Position numbers and translations under genes: made by a program. From Abditibacteriaceae bacterium (GTDB taxonomy: Bacteria; Armatimonadota; Abditibacteriia; Abditibacteriales; Abditibacteriaceae): a DNA stretch of 26,212 nucleotides. How positions within the stretch are numbered: position 1 is the stretch's first letter; each line of letters starts with the position of its first letter. The DNA is taken from the NCBI GenBank assembly GCA_031425655.1, contig JANPJS010000256.1, positions 1-26,212 on the forward strand, written 5' to 3'. Shown here piece after piece: positions 1 through 7,514 of the stretch. The notes below the pieces were generated by a model. It made no database searches and was not told the origin of the DNA. It saw only the letters and a list, made by a program, of their open reading frames with translations.

Positions 1-16
1 GCAGGCGAATGGCTGC

Positions 17-46
17 GCCTATCATAACCCCACTGCGTAAGGTGAA
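17..46. mobile_element. Right terminal inverted repeat of an IS/MITE that extends off the left edge (TTACGCAG-type end)
   Basis: ACTGCGTAAGGTGA (32-45) is the exact reverse complement of 12507-12520, within the left TIR of the MITE at 12506-12705. Confidence 0.6.
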
Positions 47-135
47 ATAGTTACTCGCTGCGAGAAAAGCTTCTGGCAGAAATTCTGGGGACATTCGAGA
101 AGTCAAGTTAAAGTTGGCTAATACAGGAGATTTTA

Positions 136-2312
136 ATGAAACGAGCTGACAACGGGGCCGATCATGTCTCGCCCTTGAACGTGTTCGTCGTCTGGCAGCC
201 GCAGCTATCTGCTAATAGAGACGATTCGCCGGGGCAAAGTCTGGCCGACCAGATTTACTGCACGTTTTGTCGCAACGATGAGAAGCCTCTGACACGCGGC
301 CTGGGCATTCCCGTCTACTTCCGCAGCGTCGCGTCGGAGGCCGATGCGCCGCCGCGCGAAATTGACCTGAACAGCGCCGAACATTGTGCTATCGTCGTGC
401 TCATAGACGATGAAATGATTGCCGAATCCGCGCGATGGGACGATTATCTCGCCCAATTGGGGCAAAGCTGCCGGGATTCGGAAGGCCGTCATCGGATGAT
501 CCCGGTCGGTCTCACGCCCAATTCCACGAAATATCTGCCCGGCATGGCGGCGGCGAACCTGATCCGTTACTACGAAATCAAAGAGCGTCCGACCGGCGCC
601 GAGGAGAATGTCTCGCCCGCGCTCACGGCGCGCGAACGTGAACTGCACGGCAAAGAAGCGGAGTTTTCAACATGGCTGCTGTATGCCGTGAGCCGCTTTT
701 TGCAGGCGAACCCGGACGAGGCGCCGGAGGATGCTGAAAACGCGAGGGTTTTCCTGCTGGCAAACGAGCAGGTGCGCTTATTCATCAGTCACGCCAAGCA
801 GGGCGGGCTTGAATACGCGCAACAACTCAAACAGCAAATCGAGGAACTCCCAACCAAAGCCTTTTTCGACCGCGTAGACATTGAACCGGCCACTGAATTC
901 GATAAGGCACTTGAGGATGGGGTTCGCACCTCCATTTTCGTGGCGCTGCACACCGACGCCTATGCCACGCGGGAGTGGTGTCGCCGCGAAGTGCTTTTCG
1001 CCAAGCAATTCCAGCGCCCCTTCGTCGCGGTCAACGCCGTCGAGTCCGGTGAATATCGCGGCTTTCCTTATTTAGGCAACGTCCCGGTGCTGCGCTGGAC
1101 GGGGCGCAATGCCATGCAAATCGTCAAATTCGCTCTGCTGGAAAACCTCCGCTTCGAGTTCGCGCGCCGCCGCTTGCAACGCTTGCAAAAAATAGGATTG
1201 CTGCCCTCCGATGCCATACGGCTGCTGCGTCCTCCCGAATTGCTCGATTTCATCGCGTTGAAAAACGCTCCCAAAGATGCGCCGTTCGTGTATCCCGATC
1301 CGCCGCTGGGCGGCGAAGAACTCGATATTTTGCGAGAGTTTTGGACGCAGAACACCTTCGTTACTCCCATCACGCGTGAGGGCAAACCCGATCTCTCATC
1401 GCGCGCCATTGCCCTTTCGCTCTCGCAAAGTGCAGGTTTCGCCGAACTGGGTTTTGGAACACGCCACGAGAAGGATTTGCTGGTGGAAGTGGGGCGTCAT
1501 CTGCTGGCCTGCGGAGCGCAACTGGTCTATGGCGGGCATTTGAAGGATGGGGGATGGACGCGCGTTCTCTTCGACCTCGTTGGCTCCTACAGTCGCATTG
1601 ATCCCAACGCAAAAAAATCCTCGATTTTGTGGCCTGGGATTGGTCGCTTGGCGCCAGCGCCGGCACCGTCGCCTCGTTTTTCGATGTCGGCCAGATTAAA
1701 AAAGTGCCGCTTCCTGCCGATGTGGTCGCCCGCTATGAGCTTGACGTGAGCCGACCACTTGAGGAATCCGCGCTTTCCGAGGCCGACAAAGCCTATATCC
1801 GCGCCCGCTCGCTTTCCGCAATGCGCGAAACCATGAACGACTGCATACAGGCGCGCATCATCATGGGCGGCAAAATGCGCGGCTACAGCGGCAAATATCC
1901 GGGCATCGTGGAAGAAGTCGCCGGCTGTTTGCGGCGCGGCAAGCCGGTTTATTTACTCGGCGGATTCGGCGGCGCAGCCGCGGCGTTGGCCCAACTGGCA
2001 CAAGGAGACACGCCAATCGAGCTTACTGATGAATTTCAATCGCAAAACGCCACCTATCGGGACATGGCGGAACTCTACAACGCAAGGCACGCTGCCGACA
2101 TAGCGCCTGAACTGGCGCCGATTGATTATGCTCGCTTGACGGATGAATTACAGGCGCAGTTAGCCGCCGCTTTGTTGACCGAGGACGTGGAAACCGGTTT
2201 AGCCAAAAACGGGTTGACCATCGCTGAAAACCAACGCCTTTTCGCCTCGGTTGACGTGGACGAAGTCGTTCATCTGGTGCTGAAAGGAATCAGCTATGCC
2301 CTGCTCAGGTAG
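136..2312 (+). CDS. TIR-like + TIR + SLOG (LD_cluster2-like) multidomain protein, split by a -1 frameshift at A7 (1611-1617); about 725 aa if joined
   Basis: SD GGAG before ATG136. TIR motifs LFISHAK...FFDRVDI...AYATREWCRREV include the catalytic-type Glu. SLOG motifs IALSLS...LVYGGHL lie in ORF 136-1749, and ARSLSAMRE...ARIIMGGK...YPGIVEE...KPVYLLGGFGGAA lie in ORF 1629-2312. One extra A joins them as AKKILDFVAWDW. Confidence 0.8.
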
Positions 2313-2324
2313 CAAGCCGGGTTA

Positions 2325-2529
2325 TCTGTCATCGTCAACAAACGGTCGGCTGCACACAGCTTGCAAGGACGACCGAGTTGTCCACTATTTTCCGGCACAC
2401 AGGCCAACATGCGGTCAAACACCTGGGGCTTGACACCGGTGAGCCGCTGGAACTCCTCCAGCTTACGATCCTTAATCTGTTCGTATTTCACACCTCACAG
2501 TTTGACACCCTATTTATGAAAGAGGTCTA
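2325..2529 (-). mobile_element. Truncated IS5-family (ISL2/IS702-like) element: left end plus transposase N-terminal fragment
   Basis: ORF from GTG2491 (SD GAGG) reads MKYEQIKDRKLEEFQRLTGVKPQVFDRML...GRPCKLCAADRLL, an HTH_Tnp_4-like start. The end sequence TA|GACCTCTTTCATAAAT is at 2529-2512. No DDE domain or right end is present. Confidence 0.75.
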
Positions 2530-3036
2530 TTGTAGGAAATACAAGTTTCCGGCACATCGGCACCATCGGCGTCTAACGGCGCCAGATAATCGAAATTGGT
2601 ATCTCGAATGCCATGTCCCGAAAAAAAGAAGACCACCTCGCTGTTCTCGTTAATATTGGCCGTGAAGGTGCGCAGCACGCGCAAGATATTAACGCGGTCG
2701 GGCTTGCGGCGCGCTTCGGAATCGTCGGTCATTAAGATGATGGACTGAGCCGGAAAGCCCATTTTCTCCTCCAAAAAGCGCGCGAAGGCTTTGGCGTCTT
2801 TGCCACAGGAGCGAAGCTTGCCCAGCGTCCAGTAATCGTCCACGCCGACAGTAATCGTCCACGCCGATGACCACGGCGGTCTTGTCAACGCCGGGCGTGT
2901 TGGTAATCGGTGTGAGCTGAAAGGCCCGGCTTTCCGCCGTGAGCGCTTTGCCGCCTTCTGCTTTAGTCAAGACGGGAGCTTGCGCTTTAAGCGGCAAGGC
3001 TAAAACAACTAACAGGCCGAAAAGTATTGAGCGCAT
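2514..3036 (-). pseudogene. Secreted caspase-like (peptidase C14) protein, frameshifted by a 19-bp tandem duplication and truncated by the IS
   Basis: Signal peptide MRSILFGLLVVLALPLKA. Removing one CAGTAATCGTCCACGCCGA copy joins AVVIGVDDY to WTLGKLRSCGKDA...FFFSGHG...YLAPLDA. The gene stops at the IS end before the catalytic Cys motif. Confidence 0.8.
2830..2867. repeat. Perfect 19-bp tandem duplication
   Basis: CAGTAATCGTCCACGCCGA occurs at 2830-2848 and 2849-2867. Confidence 0.95.
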
Positions 3037-3053
3037 CAAATATCTCCGAGAAA

Positions 3054-3272
3054 TTATCTTTTGCTTATTTTAGCACCTTTACAAGGCGGGTCAGGAGAAA
3101 CCGCATGGGCCTTCAAATCACTAAGAAGCATGAGGCCCAAGCCGGAGCCAAGGTAAAGCAAGCCGGCGAGCAAGCCCGGCGACAAACCGCTCAGTAGCAA
3201 CTTCGCAAAGGGTGTGCTGCCGCCAAACAACGCTGCTGCGCCGATGGCCTGCCAGATTCCGGGAGTGCGCAT
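3054..3272 (-). pseudogene. EamA/DMT-family transporter, N-terminal fragment only
   Basis: GIWQAIGAAALFGGSTPFAKLLL...LLAGLLYLGSGLGL matches the first two EamA helices. The ORF is only 72 aa, against about 300 expected. Confidence 0.7.
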
Positions 3273-3279
3273 GAGGAAG

Positions 3280-3329
3280 AAAAAAGCTGGCGTGAGCAAT
3301 GGACGGTGATTTGTCCCATTGCTCACGCC
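3280..3329 (-). terminator. Intrinsic terminator downstream of the efflux operon
   Basis: 14-bp perfect stem (3289-3302/3316-3329) followed on the minus strand by AGC and T6. Confidence 0.65.
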
Positions 3330-3342
3330 TAATTGCATCTTA

Positions 3343-3525
3343 AAGTCTGTGCTCAAAAAGAGTTATTCAGTCCGTTGCCATTGAGTGGCAAAAAATTGAG
3401 TGGCAAAAAATAAGGGCATCAATGGCATTTCGGATGAGAAATCCCACTTTTCCACCATTTTTTGCCACTCAATTTTTTGCCGTTGGGCCGTTTTTACCCA
3501 AATAACTTTATTCGCGCACAGACTC
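3343..3525. mobile_element. MITE-like element with TIRs and a TTA target duplication, enclosing a 25-bp inverted repeat built from a 15-mer
   Basis: TIRs at 3344-3367/3501-3524 match 20/24 (AGTCTGTGC...AGTTATT). TTA flanks both sides (3340-3342, 3526-3528). The inner IR at 3387-3411/3457-3481 is perfect. Confidence 0.7.
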
Positions 3526-4308
3526 TTAGTGGTCGTGAGGTTTGTCATCCGTATGGGCGTGCGGCTTTTCTTCCGCGTGCTCATGAGGCTTGCTTTCATC
3601 GTGCGGCGCGGCGCCGTGATTGGCACTGCCGTCATCAGGGGCGTTTCCGTGCCCTCCCTCTTTAGCGTGCTCGGCAGCGTGCGCGGCGGCAGCGGCGGCG
3701 TTGAAATTCTCATTGATAATCCAGCCGCCGCGCCGCACCGTGTCCGCCACTTCCTGCGCCTTGTTGTTGGGCAAACCGGCGACGGCCTTCAAGTCTTTGC
3801 CGATTTTGAACGGCTGCTCGTAGCTCTTGCCCTTGAACTGCGCCACGAATTTCTTGAAGTTGTCGTCGGTGTCTTCGAGCGCCTTTACGCCGCTGATCTT
3901 GAACTTGGGATCAATGCCGACGGCGATGTGCATTTCCTGTTTGTCAGGCATCGCGGCATGGGTCAGGATGACCAGGCCGAGGCGGCGCCCATCCTGATTG
4001 GCCTCGAAGACTTCCCAGTCTTTTTCGCCGCCCTTGAACTTCATGCTGATGTCTTTATTCAAGTGAAACGGCGCGTCATCGGCCAGTTTCCACGGCTTGC
4101 GCTTCAATTCGGCGCCGGGGAAAAGTTCGGCCATTTTCTCGGTTTCGTGTCCGGCGTGCGCGGCCTGTGGGTCAGCGTGTTGCGCTGAGGTTGCTTGCGT
4201 TGTGGTCGCCGTTTGAGGCGCGTCTTGCGCGTTCTTGCAGCCGGTCGCGCCAACTAAAAAAGCGGCGCTCAAAGTGACTTTTAAAACGGGGTAAATCCAA
4301 ACTTTCAT
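3526..4308 (-). CDS. Lipoprotein with an FMN-binding (RnfG/NqrC-like) fold and a His-rich C-terminal tail, 260 aa
   Basis: The likely start is ATG4308, in a TGATG overlap with the RND stop. Lipobox GATG|C. The pattern MHIAVGIDPKFKISGVKAL...FVAQFKGKS resembles FMN_bind proteins. The tail reads PHDESKPHEHAEEKPHAHTDDKPHDH. Confidence 0.7.
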   Translation of the reverse strand: MKVWIYPVLKVTLSAAFLVGATGCKNAQDAPQTATTTQATSAQHADPQAAHAGHETEKMAELFPGAELKRKPWKLADDAPFHLNKDISMKFKGGEKDWEVFEANQDGRRLGLVILTHAAMPDKQEMHIAVGIDPKFKISGVKALEDTDDNFKKFVAQFKGKSYEQPFKIGKDLKAVAGLPNNKAQEVADTVRRGGWIINENFNAAAAAAHAAEHAKEGGHGNAPDDGSANHGAAPHDESKPHEHAEEKPHAHTDDKPHDH

Positions 4309-7300
4309 CAAATCTCCTTGGGTGCGGTCGGAGCCGCTGGTAAAACAGAATGGGAAACGGGAAACGTCCGCGTGGGCGCTTCGGGCGGCGCGCTGTTTTC
4401 TTGGTTTGCGCGTTCGTCTAAGACCTGATCGGCCACCGGCTTGCCGTATTTCCAGAACAGCGCCGGCGTTACCAACTGATCGAGCAGTGTCGAGGTAATC
4501 AGGCCGCCCAAGACGACGACAGCCAACGGTTGCAGAATCTCTCGGCCCGGCTCGCCTTGCGCCAGAGCCAAGGGTATCAGTGCCAAACCTGCTGTGAGCG
4601 CAGTCATCAGGACGGGCACCAGCCGTTCCAGCGAACCGCGCACGATCATGTCGGGCGTCCAGCCCTCGCCTTCCTCGCGCATCAAGTGCAGGTAATGCGA
4701 GATCATCATAATGCCGTTGCGGCTGGTGATGCCAAACAGCGAAATAAAGCCGATCAGCGAGGCGATGGACAGCACGCCGCCGCTCCAATAAACCGCTAAG
4801 ACGCCGCCGATGATGGCTAAAGGAATGTTGACCATCACCTGTAAGGCCGCGCGCCAGTGGCCCAGCGCCATGTTGAGCGTCAGGAAAATCGCCACAAGGG
4901 CCAAAGCCGAGAGCGTCAGAATCAAGCGTTGCGCCGCCTGTTGCGCCTCGAACTGGCCACCATATTCGACGAAGTAACCTTCGGGCAAAACCACCTGCGT
5001 GCGAACCGCTTTTTGAGCGTCTTCCACGACCGAGTTGAGATCGCGTCCGGCGACGTTGGCACTAATCACGATGCGCCGTGCCACGTTTTCGCGCGCCACG
5101 ACGTTGGGGCCAAAACCTTCTTGAATCTGCGCCACACTCGACAAGGGGATTTTGGCGCCGCCCGGCGTGTCAATCAGCACGCTGCGAATCGCTTCGATAT
5201 TGCCCCGGTTCGCGTCGTCAAAACGCACTACCACATCATAAGCGCGCTGGCCTTCAAGAACCTGCCCGGCGACCTTGCCGAGCAGCGCCACTTCGAGAGA
5301 TTCCGCGACGGCACCGCTTTGCAAACCGTAACGCGCCAGAGCGTCGGGCAAGAGGCGCACTTGCACTTGGGGGATTTCGACTTGTTTTTCAACCGTCAAA
5401 TCCACCACGCCGGGCACGCTGGCCATCGCGCGCCGCACTTCTTCGGCTTTGGCGCGCAAGGTCGGCAAGTCCGAGCCAAAAAGTTTGACGGCCAGTTGCG
5501 CCCGCACGCCCGATAACAAGTGATCGAGACGATGTGAAATTGGCTGTCCAAGCGTAAAAGTAACGCCAGGTAGCGTGCCCAGCTTTTGGCGCATATCGGC
5601 CAACACTTCCGCTTTGGCCCGCCCTTCGTGCAATTCGACTTCGATTTCGCTGGAATGCACGCCTTCGGCGTGTTCATCCAGTTCGGCGCGGCCTGTGCGC
5701 CGTCCAACTTCACGCACTTCGGGCACCTTCATCAACAGCTTTTCCGCTGCCAAGCCCAGCACGTTGCTTTCGGTCAGGCTGGTGCCGGGACGCGCCAAGA
5801 GGTTAATGGTCATCGAACCTTCATTAAACGGCGGCAAAAACTCGCGGCCCATAAAGGGCACGGCAGCCAGTGCCAGCATAAAAAGCACACCCGCGCCCGA
5901 AAGCACGGGGCCGGGATGCTTGAGCGACCAGCGCACCAGTTTTTCATCGCGCGCTTTGAGCCAGCGAACGAGCGGTGAATCTTTTTCCTGGTGCAAAATG
6001 GCTTTGGAACGCGGCAAAAGATAGCTCGCCAAGACCGGCGTCAACGTCAGCGAAACCAGCAAGGACGCTAAGAGCGAAACGATGTAAGCCACGCCCAATG
6101 GCGCGAACAAGCGGCCTTCCATGCCCGGCAGGGCAAAGAGCGGCAAAAAAACCAAACACACGATGACCGTCGCGTAAACGATGGAATTTCGCACTTCGCG
6201 GCTGGCTTCGTAAACCACTTCCAAGGCCGGACGCGGCGTGGGGCTATGCGCGTTTTCTCGCAGGCGGCGAAAGACGTTTTCGATGTCCACGATGGCATCG
6301 TCCACCAACTCGCCAATGGCAACGGCCAAACCTCCCAGCGTCATGGTATTGACGCCGATCTCGAACTGCTTGAAGACCATCGCGGCAACCAAAAACGAGA
6401 GGGGAATTGCCGTCAGGGTGATGAAGGTGGTGCGGACGTTGAGCAGAAACAAAAACAGCACAATCGCCACCAAAATAGCCGCATCGCGCAACGCATGAAC
6501 CACGTTGCCGATGGCGTTTTTGATGAAGCTCGCCTGCTGAAACAAGCGGTCATTGACCACGATGTCTTCGGGCAAATTGCGGCGAATATCGGCCAGAGCC
6601 GTTTCAATCTTCGCCGTCAAATTGAGCGTGTTGGCGCCGGGCTGCTTTTGCACGTTGAGAATAACGGCGGTTTGCCCGTTGGCCGAAGCGTCGCCGCGTT
6701 TGACTTGCGGCGCGGCAATGACGCGTGCCACTTGCCCAACCGTGATTGGCACTCCGTTCCTCGCTTCGATTGCGGTGCGCGCAATATCTTCAGGCGACAG
6801 CGAACGCCCCAGATTTCGCACCAGATATTCGCGCCCGGAGCGTTCGACAAAGCCGCCGGTTGTGTTGAGATTACCGCCTTCGACCGCGCGCTCGACCGCA
6901 CTCAGCGATACGCCAAACTGCCGCAGTTTCGCCGGGTCAATCAGGACGTGGTATTGTTTGCGCCCGCCGCCTAAGACGATAACCTGCGACACGCCGGCGA
7001 TACTGAGCAGGCGCGGTCGCAGCGTCCAGTCGGCGACGTTACGCAGTTGCAGCGCATCGGTTTTGCCGCTTTTCGAGGTGAGGGAAATCAACATGATTTC
7101 GCCCATCACCGAAGAAATCGGCGCGAGGGACGGCACGATGTCGGGCGGCAATTGGCTGCGTAACTGGCCCATCCGCTCGTTGACGATTTGCCGGGCCACC
7201 AAAATATCGGTTTCCCAGCCAAACTCAACGTGAACGATGGAAAGTCCCGGCGCCGACGAAGAACGCACGCGCTCCACGCCGGTCGCGCCGTTGACCGAGG

Positions 7301-7511
7301 TTTCAATCGGCAGTGTGACCAGCGTTTCCACTTCTTCGGGTGCCAGACCGTGCGCCTCGCTCATAATCGTCACGACGGGGCGGTTCAAATCGGGCAGCAC
7401 GTCAACCGGCAGGCGCGATGCTGTGATTCCACCGTAAATGAGAATCAGCGCGGTCAGGGCTAAAACGACGGGGCGATAGGCCAGTGACCACGCGATAATG
7501 CGATTGAGCAT
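4308..7511 (-). CDS. Heavy-metal efflux RND transporter, CzcA/CusA family, 1067 aa
   Basis: Motifs LPVDVLPDL, APEEVETLVT, GGLAVAIGELVDDAIVDIEN, GREFLPPFNEG and ERLVPVLMTALTA, at typical RND length. Confidence 0.97.
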   Translation of the reverse strand: MLNRIIAWSLAYRPVVLALTALILIYGGITASRLPVDVLPDLNRPVVTIMSEAHGLAPEEVETLVTLPIETSVNGATGVERVRSSSAPGLSIVHVEFGWETDILVARQIVNERMGQLRSQLPPDIVPSLAPISSVMGEIMLISLTSKSGKTDALQLRNVADWTLRPRLLSIAGVSQVIVLGGGRKQYHVLIDPAKLRQFGVSLSAVERAVEGGNLNTTGGFVERSGREYLVRNLGRSLSPEDIARTAIEARNGVPITVGQVARVIAAPQVKRGDASANGQTAVILNVQKQPGANTLNLTAKIETALADIRRNLPEDIVVNDRLFQQASFIKNAIGNVVHALRDAAILVAIVLFLFLLNVRTTFITLTAIPLSFLVAAMVFKQFEIGVNTMTLGGLAVAIGELVDDAIVDIENVFRRLRENAHSPTPRPALEVVYEASREVRNSIVYATVIVCLVFLPLFALPGMEGRLFAPLGVAYIVSLLASLLVSLTLTPVLASYLLPRSKAILHQEKDSPLVRWLKARDEKLVRWSLKHPGPVLSGAGVLFMLALAAVPFMGREFLPPFNEGSMTINLLARPGTSLTESNVLGLAAEKLLMKVPEVREVGRRTGRAELDEHAEGVHSSEIEVELHEGRAKAEVLADMRQKLGTLPGVTFTLGQPISHRLDHLLSGVRAQLAVKLFGSDLPTLRAKAEEVRRAMASVPGVVDLTVEKQVEIPQVQVRLLPDALARYGLQSGAVAESLEVALLGKVAGQVLEGQRAYDVVVRFDDANRGNIEAIRSVLIDTPGGAKIPLSSVAQIQEGFGPNVVARENVARRIVISANVAGRDLNSVVEDAQKAVRTQVVLPEGYFVEYGGQFEAQQAAQRLILTLSALALVAIFLTLNMALGHWRAALQVMVNIPLAIIGGVLAVYWSGGVLSIASLIGFISLFGITSRNGIMMISHYLHLMREEGEGWTPDMIVRGSLERLVPVLMTALTAGLALIPLALAQGEPGREILQPLAVVVLGGLITSTLLDQLVTPALFWKYGKPVADQVLDERANQENSAPPEAPTRTFPVSHSVLPAAPTAPKEI

Positions 7512-7514
7512 GGC

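Noticed and set aside
2514..3036. Caspase fragment as the cognate effector of the TIR-SLOG gene
   Set aside because: It is on the opposite strand, has a signal peptide, and is joined through an IS-associated deletion. The adjacency is probably accidental, though not excluded.
3273..3525. Metal (NiCo) riboswitch ahead of the EamA fragment
   Set aside because: I could not recognise the multi-stem consensus. The region is explained by a MITE plus a simple terminator. An Rfam scan would settle it.
4309..4788. 160-aa N-terminal extension of ORF 3526-4788
   Set aside because: It overlaps the RND gene out of frame. The lipoprotein signal begins at ATG4308.
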